From Lama guanicoe (lineage: Eukaryota): a stretch of DNA of 64,000 nucleotides. The notes beneath the pieces were generated by a model. The model saw only the letters and a list, made by a program, of their open reading frames with translations, made no database searches and was not told where the DNA came from. The stretch is taken from assembly GCA_013239625.1 (NCBI GenBank), contig MU053559.1, forward strand, positions 186,001 to 250,000, given 5' to 3'. Shown here one piece after another: positions 1-22,210 of the stretch; position 1 is the first letter of the stretch, and each line of letters opens with the position of its first letter. Both the position numbers and the translations under genes were made by a program.

Positions 1-129
1 AATCATCCATCGAAGGGACCATATCTAATTTCCGTCCTTCCACTCATTCATCCATCTGTCAAAGATTTACTAAGCATCAACCGTGTAGCACAACGAACTA
101 GTACAACAACCGGTCTAAATGACATAGAG

Positions 130-10353
<10,224 letters not shown>

Positions 10354-11721
10354 TCAGGCCTCACCCCTCCCCTGGGACTTCCCCACCCAGGAAAGGAGGA
10401 CATGTCAGGATGAGGCCCCGCCTTTTCCCCCACCCTCCCATGAGACTGCCCAGCCCAGGTGTACTGGGGGAAGAGGAGACGCGATGAGGCCCCACCCCTG
10501 TAACCAGGCACAGAGGAGGAGTCAGATGAGGCCCTGCCCCTTCCCCACAGGACTGGCCACCACAAGTATTTCAGACAGAGAAGGCGGGGGTGGGGGGGGC
10601 ATCAGGGTCTGTTCCCTGGAGATCGCAGCCTCACCCCTGCCCTGTGGGACCTGCCCTTGCCCAGATTAGGGAAGGAGACAGGATGAGGTTGGCCCCTGGA
10701 CCCTAGGGACTGTCCTAGCCAGGTTTCCTGGGATGAGCGGTGTCGGGATACTGCTCCATCCTCTCTTGGAACCACCAGTCTAGTCCATCCTGGCAAGGAA
10801 GAGGAGTCAAAATGATGGAGGTCCCACCTTGGGGGTTTAAGCCTGCCCCTTCCCCCGTGAACCCTGTCCTGCCCAGGCAAGAAACAGAAGTGAGGATGAG
10901 AGCGAGCCCCTTCACCTGGGAACTCAGTCCTGGCCTCCTAGCAATGGAGGAGTCAGGTCCCGCCCCTTCCCCACAGCCCAGCGCAGGTATTTCAGGTGTG
11001 GAGGAGTCAGTGAGATAAGGCAACTATGTGGAGATCACAGCCCTCGTCTCTTAGCGACATCCCATCTAAGCATTCCACACTGCAAGGAGGAGTGGTACTT
11101 AAGCTCCCCCGCCTTAACCTGGGACCAATGTGACCTAACCTAGGAGGGCTCTAAGCCGAAACCTTGCCCTCTAAGAAGAGGGCAAATCTTGAGATCCTGT
11201 GAGTTGACATTCCAGACTTAGATCAGGAGTGAGTGAGAGTTCGACTCCCACTCTTGGGCAGAGTGCTGCCTCCTTCCCTGAGGGTAGACTGGGGAGGTGA
11301 TGGAGATTAGGGGCTACGGAGTCCAGGTTCCCAGAACCAGCACCCTAGTACTCTTGCAACATGCGGAGGAACAGGATGAAGGAAGGGTCCTTTCCAGGGA
11401 GTTCCCCAGCCCAGGAAAAAGCGGAAGCCTATCCCACCAAGGCAGAGGCTTGGAGGGAGGATTGCAAAAGCATATGTACCCCCTTTTTTGTTTATCTGAT
11501 TTTTTTTATTGACCTCCACCCACTCAGAAGCTAGGTCACCTCCAACCTCTGCCCTCCACCCAGTTTTCCATTTGGAGAAATCCTCCCCTTTTCAGAATTA
11601 TCAAGAGACACTCCCTGCCCATCCCCATCCCTGCTACCACATACACCCAAGGTTGTTGGCTTTGGATTGTTGGGGCCGAGCCCCAAGGAGGGTGTACTGA
11701 AGGGTCTGTAGGTTTGTGATT

Positions 11722-11727
11722 AATAAA
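11722..11727 (+). terminator. TFE3 polyadenylation signal AATAAA
   Basis: AATAAA ~1.37 kb after the stop codon, followed by a GT/T-rich downstream element. Confidence 0.75.
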
Positions 11728-12569
11728 TGCTAGGCGTGTTTGATGCGCTTTTAACTTTGGCAAAGAGTCTCCTGTGCTTGCTTTTGTCTGTGTGAGCCTG
11801 GCCCATGAAGGCTAGGAGGAAGAAAGATTCTTGGCAGATTTGGGAGGGGAGGATTAAAGAATTTAGATAGAGGGACTGGAGGAAAACCATCTGCACACAA
11901 AAGCAATCGGTCGTGATCTGCCAGGCAGCCTCCTAACTGCCAGAAGTGTAAGCATTTTACCCAATTTATTATTCTAGGGACTATTCATCAAGAAAGCGCT
12001 GATTCTTATTCCCATTTCATGTTTGAAGAAACCAAGGAATGTAAGTAACTATCTGAAGATACACAGCTGGTAAATGGATGAAGTGCTAAATGGTAAAGTT
12101 AGGTAAGTGAGGGCTTTGGTTTGAAAAATGTCACTGAGGACAGAGGGGCCAAAGTTTTCTTGTAAATTCCCTTTTGAAGCTGATAAGGACGTATATGAAG
12201 ATGTCTCCTGGCAGGCAGCAGAGGTACTCCAGATGGTGGAAATGGCAAAGAGAAAAAAAAAACTGTAAAGGTAGAGGAACAAGCAAGCAACTCAGTTTTA
12301 AACAGATGTTGACATTTGGGGGGAATTTAAATGGAGGTGAACAGACACAAGTATCTTCTTGAAGGCTGGGGAAAAAAAATATTCCTGGAATTTGCAACCA
12401 GACTGACTCTCAGGACAGGCATCAGGTCTGTTCCTGTGTCTCCCCCATCAGACTGTGACCGCCACACTTGCTGCCTCTTTCTAGCTGACCATACCGTGAA
12501 CCCAAGGGCCTGGTTACTGAGTATCACCAGACTGGTGGCTGCCTGATACCTTTTTTTTTCCTCCTCAAA

Positions 12570-12690
12570 TTTGCTATATTCTTTTTGGGTGTTTTTTTAA
12601 TCTTTTTTTTTTAATAGGGGTACTGAGGATTGAACCCAGGACCTTGTGGATGCTAAGCATATATACTCTACCACTGAGCTATACCCTCCC
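12570..12690 (-). mobile_element. Vic-1-type SINE
   Basis: gattgaacccaggacc...ctaccactgagctataccctccc. Confidence 0.8.
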
Positions 12691-12989
12691 ACCTATACTC
12701 TCTTTGTTTTATAAAGATAACATGTAATACTCAGAAGTGGTTTTTTTTTAAGTTTGTATTCTGAAATAATTTTAGATTTACATAAGTGTTGCAAGGACAG
12801 TAGAGAGAGTTCTCACACCTGTTATCCAGCTCCCTCTAATGTTAACATCTTGAATAACCATGGCACATTTATTAAAGAATTATTGCGAAGAAAAATTACA
12901 TGGGCACAGTACTAGGAACTGGAGACTTTATTTGAATTTTACTGGTTTTTCCACGAATGTATTTTTTTCTGTTTTAGGATCCAAGTAAG

Positions 12990-13561
12990 GCTATTCTACT
13001 TGTTATCTCTTTCTGTGTAACAAATCACCACCATTTTAGTGGCTAACAAAATCATGCACTCATTATCTCCCAGTTTTTGTGGGTGAGGAATCCAGGCTGG
13101 CTTGGCTGGGTCCCCTACTCCAGTGACTCTCACAAGGGTGCAGTCGGAAGGTGTTGGGCAGGGCTGAGGACTCATCTGAAAGTGGGACTGGGGAAGAATC
13201 TGCTCTGCACTCACGTGGTTGGGGGCAGGCTTCAGTTCTCTGCAGCCTGTTGAACTGAGGACCCCAGTTCCTTGCAGGCTGTCAGCTGGAGGTGCCTTCA
13301 GTCCTGGCCATGTGTGCCTTTCCTTCCATGAGGCAGCTCACAGCACTCATAGTTTGCTTCCTCAAAGGCAGCAATAGAGAGCGTCTGCTAGCAAAACAGA
13401 AGTTATAATCTCTTGTAATCTAATCATGGAGATGGCATCTCCTCACCATTGAGGCTTTCTGTTGGTTAGAATCAAGTTACTCAAGGCAGAGGATTACATA
13501 AGACCATGAATATCACTAGGCAGGGACCATGGAGGGACATCTTTAGAAGCTTCCTACCACA
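12990..13561 (-). mobile_element. MLT1-type MaLR solo LTR
   Basis: tgtgtaacaaatcacc...cagtttttgtgggtgaggaatccagg...cctaccaca, typical of an MLT1 reverse complement. Confidence 0.65.
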
Positions 13562-13716
13562 TTGGGTTGAGTTGTCATATCTCCTTGGACTCCTCTGACA
13601 CTTTTTCAGTCTGTCCATTGAAAAGGCCTAGGCACTGTGCTATTCCAGAAGCAACAAGTATGTCTAGTACCCAGGATCTTGGTTTCTAAATGCCATTCTC
13701 CAGTAAAAGGAACCAA

Positions 13717-13860
13717 GGGGGAGGGTATAGCTCAAGTGGTAGAGCACGTGCTTCGCATGCATGAGGTCCTGGGTTCAATCCCCCAGTACCTCCTCTACAA
13801 ATAAATAAATAAGCCTAATTACCTCTCCCCCAACAACAACAATTAAAAAAAAAAAAGAAA
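13717..13860 (+). mobile_element. Vic-1-type SINE
   Basis: ggggagggtatagctcaagtggtagagc...ggttcaatcccc. Confidence 0.85.
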
Positions 13861-15291
13861 GGTCCAATAAAAGGAGCCAGAGATCCTTGGAGAAATGGCT
13901 GGTTTTAAGGCCGGGGAAGGGAAACAAGATGACCCTGGAGCATTGTATGATGCTGGAAAGTGATGAAGTATCTAAAATAAAATAAATAAATTTAAAAAGA
14001 TAGGGGCATGTCATAAAGATACAGAAGCCAACCTGAAAGAAATCCCAACGGTCAAAGCTAGAACAATTTGAGCAACAACAAAATAATGATAGTATTGTAT
14101 TATAGTCTAAAAACTAAATATCTATGATTCCATACTTACATAAAGCAGTGATATGATTCGATAAATAAATAAATGATGAAGACGGGACAAATCTTCCTTG
14201 CATAAGAATTCCAAATACTAGGGAAACTGAGGCCCATCTGGGAAAAGAAAAGAATTCTAAATAATAAATATTGAAGGAATGAGGGAAATAGAAAATTACC
14301 ACTAGAATACCAGAGTAATAATTTCTGCAGACTGGATCCTCTCAATGCTAAAATTAGTGGACAAAACTTTAAGGTGAGCATACAATGAGTCTGGATTCTA
14401 TCTACTTTGTGCCTCAGTCAGTTTCAGGACCCCCTTGGAGGGAAGTGGAGCCTAGACAAGAGAAAAGCAATATAGCTGAGCTAGGTGGGAGAGATCAGAT
14501 TTGGGGACTTGAGTCTAGCAGGCGTGGTACTGGAGAAGAAAAAAAGGAGCTTTGTAGAGGCTGACTTCCAGAAATCACCATAGATGTTGCTTTAGGTCTT
14601 TGGCCAAATACTAGGCTGTGCAAGCTTAGAGGCAGACACTGCGAGGCCAAGCAGAGATCAGCCCTGGGCTTATATGAGCTGAATGGATGCTTGCAGAGTT
14701 CTGGCAGACATAGGTATTTTGAACAGCCTGAATGCGGAACTTTACCCAGTATCCCCCTGAGAAATAGACACCCCAGAGAGATCATACCTTAAGAGTAGAC
14801 CGCTTGAGCCCTAGAGTAAGGGTTACTATAGATGGTCTCCAAAATACCCTAAAAACATGCCTCAGAAGGATCAAGCTGAATTGTGGGATTTAGAATGTAT
14901 GTAGATATAACACACGTAACAATAACACAAAGGACAGGATTTGGGAAGTGAAGCTATACTTTTTGCAAGGTTTTTCCATCTAATGTGATATGGTACAATA
15001 TTGACTTTAAGTTGCATGTGATACACTAAGGATGCATTTTGTAATCACCAGCGCAACCTCTGAAGAAAACGACGAAAACAGTTACAGCTGAAAAGCCAAA
15101 ATAAGAATAATAATTGAATATTAAAATATATTTGGTTAACTCAATAGAGGGTGGGAAAGGAGGAACAGGACCAAAACCCAGAAGGAACAAATAGAAAACA
15201 AGTAACAACTGAAAGAACTTAATCTGACCATGTCAATAGTTCCATAGTATGTAAATGGACTAAAAACTCCCATTAAAGGCAAAGCTTTTAA

Positions 15292-15423
15292 GGAGGGATG
15301 GTATAGCTCAAGTGGTAGAATGCATCCTTAGCATGCATGAGGTCCTAGGTTCAATCTCCAGTACCTCCTCCAAAAATAAACAAACAAATAAACCCAATTA
15401 CCCCCCAAAAAAAGTAAAAAAAA
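15292..15423 (+). mobile_element. Vic-1-type SINE
   Basis: TSD AAAGCTTTTAA on both sides. Confidence 0.85.
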
Positions 15424-16867
15424 AAAGCTTTTAAAGGCAAGAATTTTAAGACCAGAAAAAAAAAATAATACAGGACCCAACCAGAGCTAGGATTAGGGTA
15501 AGGCAAGTGAGGCACTTGCTTTGGGTGCGAAATTTAAAGGCATGACAAAAACGCAGGAATTGGGATGAATAATATTTTAATGTGATTTTGAAAACAAAAC
15601 TAAAGTAAAACAATCCATGATGCACAAAATATCAACATTTTACATCATGACAGGTTTCTACCCTGCATTTGCACTACTCTGAGAATCACGCAAGTTGTGG
15701 GGAAGCTGGCAGGCTCAATGACATAAAAAAAGCAAGTCTCTTACTTGCAATTACTTTTTTTTTTTTTACTTGCAATTTCTTTCGAAGGTCATTGTTCCAT
15801 CCTGAGGGAAGTCGACAAGTTTTTTCCATTGTTTATAGCTGCAATGTACAGTATTTCACGGTATAAAGAAAAGTTTCATTTTCTTATAAATACATGCTTG
15901 TGTGATTTTTTTTAAATATTAAGAGCACCTAGATAGTTAATAAGAATCTTATTCATTAATATATTTGACTTCACAAATGAAATCTGATCAAATATCAAAC
16001 ATTTTCTAAACAACCTATTTTTTATCAGGAAAACAAAATTTACTAGGAAATGTTTATACTTTATTCATTTAAAACAGTGATAAATAGTTCACTATTATTA
16101 AGTTATTTTATTAAAAATTATTTTCACCAAATGTGTCTGGAAGTCTGGTACCAAGTTTTCTGCTGTTTGTAATGATTGATTTTTGTATTTTTGATACAAT
16201 TGTTTTGCACACCTATTTTATTGTTAAATATTATACTTTATATGAATCTTAATATAAATTAAATACATATTATGTGTATTTACTCTAATTAAATATTGTA
16301 TTAGTGAAAAATAAATATATTTTAATCTTCTACTTAAAAATTTCTAGACAAATATGGCATCTAAAAAGCCAAGTGGTGCAATGTTCAAGAAAAAAGAAAA
16401 ATATGTGCAGAAATTAATCAAAATTATAGGGAGCAGTTACAGTTTTTGCTATAAAAACTCAATATTCCAGCTACTAAAAATGATTAGGTTTCTTTCTTTA
16501 ATTTTAATTTTTCCATGTTTATTGAGAGATAATTGGCATATAACACTGTGTAAGTTTAAGGCATACAACATGATTATTTGATATGCATATATATTGTGAA
16601 ATGATTTGTGAATTCAACTAACAGGTGGGATATTCTTATATCTGCTCTAAAAACTACATTAAAAACATGGACAGATACCCTATGGGCACCAAGATCAAAT
16701 ACAGTTAAGGCATTTTTCTCAATATATATATAATATGAAATGACAAAATACACTATTCTGAAATGAGAATCATCTTGGTGAAAGTAGACTATACATTTGT
16801 ATGCAACTTATCTGTGTAGGGTGATATTTTGAACCTAATAGGAAAAGTTAATAAAGCTCTACAATAG

Positions 16868-17028
16868 TGGGGAGGGTATAGCTCAAGTGGTAGAGTGCAT
16901 GCTTAGCATGCACAGAGTCCTGGGTTCAATCCCCAGTGCCTCCTCTAAAACAATAAGTGAATCTACTTACCTCCCCCGCAAAATTAAAAAAAATAGTAAT
17001 ACAATAATAAGTTAAAAAAATTTTTTAA
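16868..17028 (+). mobile_element. Vic-1-type SINE inside the hAT element
   Basis: TSD AAAGCTCTACARTA. Confidence 0.85.
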
Positions 17029-17811
17029 AAAGCTCTACAGTAAAAATACCATGACTATATAAAAAGCTGCATGCTTAATAGAAGACCCATTCCTCTGCTT
17101 ACAACAAATAAGAGAATGTAATTTTGATAGAAATTTTGCTGAATGTACAACTTTAGCACAAGATATGAATATACTTATCAAATTTTAAAATAAATTAAAA
17201 AGGATAGTACAGAAATTGGAGATGTATGAATCACTGCTTGAGAGTTTCACTTATTATGGGAAAAGTGAATATCAAATAGAAATTAAAGAGAATATAGATA
17301 CTTCAATTTCACACTTAAAATGGCAGTGATATAAAAAATGAAAGTGCCTTCAGATTTTGGATTTTTAACCAGAGATAAGTTATTTTCTCCCAATCTATCT
17401 GCTTTTCAAAATTATAGCCATTGACTTAGCTCTTACATATTCTGATTTAAGTCCTACAGAAATTTATCTGAAATTGTTTTAAGCAGCATGCACCATCAAT
17501 AATTTGTAATATAAATGCAGCATTCTGTTTGGATCATCTAAAACTGATTGACCAGTTTTGCTTAGTGCAATTCTTATCCAAATCTGGAAATGGCCTTGAG
17601 AATACTTTAATAGTAGCAATCAGTGGAGTCCTACAAATGAAGTTTCTGTAAGCTGGGGTTAATTAAAAAGTTATTTTGGATTGTCACTTGGTCAAGAGAA
17701 GTTGTCAAACATGGCAATTCTCTCAACTAAAAACAAGATAAGCCAAGAAGTACATTTTGAAAATATTATTGGTGAGTCTGTGTCTCTTAAAGCAAAGAAA
17801 GCAAAATTATA

Positions 17812-18002
17812 CAATTGACCTTTGAACGACACAGGGGTTAATCTGTCTATAATTCATAGTTGCCCCTCTGTATCCACAGTTCCTCTGCATTTGCAGATTC
17901 AATCAACCATGAACCATGTAGTACTGCAGTATTTACTATTGAAAAATATTCACATCAAGTGGACCCGCACAGTTCAAACCTGCCTTGTTCAAGGACCAAC
18001 TG
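17812..18002. mobile_element. Tigger2-type MITE (TcMar) inside the hAT element
   Basis: TIRs CAATTGACCTTTGAAC / GTTCAAGGACCAACTG, preceded by TA. Confidence 0.75.
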
Positions 18003-18659
18003 TCGTATATTCTATTTTTAGTATAAATAAAATATTTTAACTTAAAAGGTTGTGAGTTTTAACACGTCTACTTCTCAATTTGTCAATTTGTTTTCAACAA
18101 TTTTAATGTTCCGGAACAAATTTAACCATTAAAATTTTTAGCCATTAAAATTCTATTAATTTGTAAATCAACTATACTTCAATTAAAAAACAAACAATTT
18201 AAAAATTAAAAAATATACAGGGGAACACAGTTTTCCTTCTGCCTCAGACTCCAATATGGCTTGGCATGGCAGTAGACGCAACTATATGCCGTCTGTAGGA
18301 GAAACACGTTAGATAAAAAGACACATAGTTTGAAAGTTAATGCATAGAAAAATGTATAACATGCAAACACTGCACTCAGGAAAGCTGGAATGGCTATATT
18401 CATAATGGATAAAATACACTTTAAGACATGAGTATCACCAGAAATAAAGGGAGACATTTTATAATGGTGAAAGAGTGAATTCATAAGGAAGCTATGACGT
18501 CATCAATGTGCAAGACACCTAATAACAGAATTTCAAAATACATGACACAAATCCAACAGCAATAAAGTGAGAAATACACAAATCTACAATCATGATTGGA
18601 GATTTTAACACCCCTGGTTTAGTAGTGGATAGAATTACAAGATTAACAAAACAATAATG

Positions 18660-20211
18660 AGATTTTGACTTCCACCTAAGATAGAGTAATGGGGGCCAAA
18701 TTTACCTTCCTGCCTGAAATAAATACAAATCTAGGCCAAATAAATGAAACAACAAATCTTAATATATTGGACATCAGGCAATGAAGGAAAGTGATTCCTG
18801 AGAGATGAGAAATAAACAAGGTGAGCCTTATGACTGCCCAGTTTACTGCCAGGAGATGGAGAGGGCCAACTTTGGCAAAACCTGTAAGAAATCTGCCTGT
18901 GTTGAGGAGACAGAGCTGAGAGCCTGGTGAAAACCAAAGCAGTTAGAGTTAAGTGGGCAGAGTTATCATCATGTAGAGGGATTCACAGAGAGATGACTCC
19001 AGAGACCCTCAGAGGATTTCCATTGGTATTCAGTTGAGTGAGTGTTAATCAGCACAGGCTTGTGAGGAAATTACCCAAGGCCAGGGAAAAATACATGAAA
19101 AGATTAAAGGGAACAATACCTGGAATTCACACAGGGCAGGAAATAATGCCTTTTCCCAAAAGCCACAGAGGAAAACCTCATAATTCATGAATCAGTGGGT
19201 AGAGTACTAAGAAGGATGTTGCCTTAGTAGTGGGGAAAATTAACCCTTGTTTCAACACTGTTCTGGTCCTGTCTAACAAAGCTTAACAGCAGTACCTGAA
19301 AGTAACAAAGTGTTTACAAATAACTTAATCACATCACCATACAAAACTCAAGAATAGTTAGAGGAATACAGAAATATCCAGTACCCAACAAGGTAAGAGT
19401 TACAATGTCCGGCATCCAAAAAAAAAAAATTACCAGGTATGCAAAGAAGCAGGAAAATAAATGCACAATGAAGAGAAAATTCAGTTAATAGAAACAGATC
19501 CAGAAATGACACAGGTGAGAGAATTACTATACAAAGACCTTAAAATAGTTATTGGAAAAAGTTATTGTGACTCAATTCCATATGTTCAAAAAGCTAGAGG
19601 AAAGATTAGATGTGTTAAGTAGAAACATGGAGCATATATAAATGACCCAAATTGAACTTCTAGAATTGAAAACAACATCTGTTTATAAAGTACACCGGAT
19701 GGGATTCATGGCAGATTAGACATTCTAAAAGAAGAGACTAGTGAATTTGAAGATGTAATGATAGGAACTATCCAAAATGAAACACAGAGGGGAAAAAAAG
19801 ACTTCAACATTATTATTTATGACAACCAAAAATTGGAAACAATCCAAATGTCCATCAATTGATGAATATAGAAATAAAAGTGGTATAGCTATGTAACAGA
19901 ACACTATTCAGCAATAAAAAAGGAATGGTGTACTGATAGATGCTACAACATAAACCTTGAAAATATGCCAAGTAAGTGAAGCTGGTTATAAAAGACCACA
20001 TGTTGTGTGATTCCATTTATATGATATGTCCAAAATAGGCAAGCCTATAGAAATAGAAAGTAGATTAATGGTTGCCTAGAGTTGAATGGAAATGGGGATT
20101 GACTGCTAATGGGTACAGAGTTTCTTTTGGGGATGATAAAAATATCCTAAAATTGTGGTGATGGTTCTACAACTCTGAATAAATTAAAAAAGAAGTTGAA
20201 TCATATACTTT
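18660..20211 (+). mobile_element. Old L1M fragments (5'/ORF1 region and 3' end)
   Basis: ORF1-like coiled-coil remnants and a typical L1M 3' UTR (aaattggaaacaatccaaatgtccatca...). Confidence 0.6.
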
Positions 20212-21479
20212 ATCTATTAAAAAAAGATTTTTTTATTGAAGTACAATCAATTACAATGTGTCAGTCTCTGGTGTACAGCACAATGTCCCAGTAATGCATA
20301 TACAAAAATATATTTGATTTCATATTTTTTACATTAAAAGTTATTACAACACATTGAACATAGTTTTCTGTGCTCTACAAAAGAAACTTTTTTAAATCCA
20401 TTTTTATATGTGGTGGCTAAATTTGTAAATCTCAAACTCTCAGATTTATCCCCTCCCATCCCCTTTCCCTGGTAACCATAAGATTGTTTACTAAGTCTGT
20501 TTCTGTTTTGTAGATGAGTTCGTAGTGTCCTTTTTTTTTTTTTTAGATTCCATATATGTGTGATATCATATGGTATTTTTCTATCTCTTTCTGGCTTCCT
20601 TCACTTAGAATGACAGTCTCTAGGTCCATCCATGTTGCTGCAAATGGCATTGTTTTATTCTTTTTATAGCAGAATAGTATTCCATTGTATAAATATACCA
20701 CAACTTCTTCATGCTGTCAACTGTTGATGGACATTTAGGTTGGTTCTCTGTCTTGGCTATTATATATAGTGCTGCTATGAACATTGGGGTGCATTTATCT
20801 TTTTGCATTAGAGTTCCCTCTGGATATAAACCCAGAAGTGGGATTGCTGGATCATATGGTAAGTCTATTTTTGAGGAATCTCCATACTGTTTTCCATAAT
20901 GGCTGCATGAAACTGTATTCCCACCAGCAGTGTAGGAGGGTTCCCTTTTCTCCATACCCTCTCCAGCATTTATCGTTCATGGACTTTTAAATGATGGCCA
21001 TTCTGACTGGTGTGAGGTGATACCTCATTGTAGTTTTGATTTGCATTTCTCTGATAATTAGTGATATTGAGCATTTTTTCATGTGTCTATTGGCCATTCG
21101 TATGTCTTCACTGGAGAAATGTTTGTTTAGGTCTTCTGCCCATTTTTGGACTGGGTTGGCTTAAAGACTTAAATATAAGACAAAACACAATAAACCTCCT
21201 AGAAGAAAACATAGGCAAAACATTCTCTAACATAAATCTTAGCAATGTTCTCCTAGAGCAGTCTACCCAGGCAATGGAAATAAGAACAAAAATAAACAAA
21301 TGAGACCTAATTAAACTCATAAGCTTTTGCAGAGCAAAGGAAACTATAAGCAAAACAAAATGACAACCTACAGAATGGGAGAAAATATTTCCAAATGATG
21401 CAATTGATAAAGGCTTAATTTCCAGAATATATAAACAGCTCATACAACTTAGTAACAAAAAACAAACAACCCAATCCAA
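20212..21479 (-). mobile_element. Younger 5'-truncated L1 with a twin-priming inversion
   Basis: Minus-strand 3' end/ORF2 C-terminus (DPAIPLLG...TPMFIAAL) to ~21158, then a + strand ORF2 piece; TSD GAATCATAYACTTT at 20198-20211 and 21480-21493. Confidence 0.8.
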
Positions 21480-22067
21480 GAATCATACACTTTAAATAGG
21501 TGAATTGTATGGGATGTGAAGTACATCTCAATAATGCGTTAAAAAAAGAAAAACTGAAAAATGAAAACAAAAATTTTAAAGATTTTAGCATTTAGTTCTG
21601 CTGACAAAGAATTCAAAATTAAAGCTATCTAAATATGGAAGGAAAAAGAAAAATATTTAAGGAATTCGTCACCAGCAGACCTGCAATAAAAGAAATGTTA
21701 AAAGAAGGGCTTCATGCAGAAGGAAAAATGATAGCAGATGGAAACCTAGATCTAGACAAAAGAATGATGAGCACCAGAATTTATAACTACATGGGTAAAC
21801 ATAAAGTCTTTTTTCTTATTATTTAAATATCTTTAAAAAGGCAACATACTGTTTGAAGAGAGAAAGAGAGGACCCTGTATTGTGAGGTTTATAACGCATT
21901 TAGAAGTAAAATGTATGGCCAGAAATAACGCAAGTATTGGGAAGGGGGAAATGGAAATACACCATTGTAAGTTTCTTACACTATACATGAAGTAGTACAC
22001 TATCATTGGACAGTAGACTGTAAAAAGAGTTAAAGATGAATAATAAGTTAAAAATAAGTTAAACCTA

Positions 22068-22210
22068 GGGGGAGGGTATAGCTCATGTGGTAGAGTGCAT
22101 GCTTAGCATGCAGGAGGTCCTGGGTTCAATCCCCAGAACCTCCTCTAAAAATAAAGAAATAAAACCTAATTACTTTACCCCACCCAACAAACAACTGAAC
22201 AAGCAAAAAG
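22068..22210 (+). mobile_element. Vic-1-type SINE
   Basis: Canonical head; flanking gttaaacc repeat. Confidence 0.85.

Larger units (their letters stand above)
15482..18274 (+). mobile_element. Degraded hAT DNA transposon (Tip100/Zaphod-like) with transposase remnants
   Basis: 8-bp TSD GACCCAAC (15474-15481) / GACGCAAC (18275-18282). N-terminal remnant MASKKPSGAMFKKK at 16354. hATC dimerisation remnant YPNLEMALRIL...SFCKLGLIK...SLGQEKLSNMAILS at 17575-17810. Confidence 0.8.
14880..18660 (+). mobile_element. Old L1 (inter-ORF region and ORF2 endonuclease start), interrupted by a SINE and the hAT element
   Basis: VNGLKTPIK at ~15251; QDPTIC.L.E.H is rejoined across the hAT insertion; IGDFNTP at ~18595. 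Confidence 0.75.

Noticed and set aside
16354..17810. Possible domesticated hAT transposase gene
   Set aside because: It has multiple stops, frameshifts, an internal deletion and nested insertions, so it is a fossil
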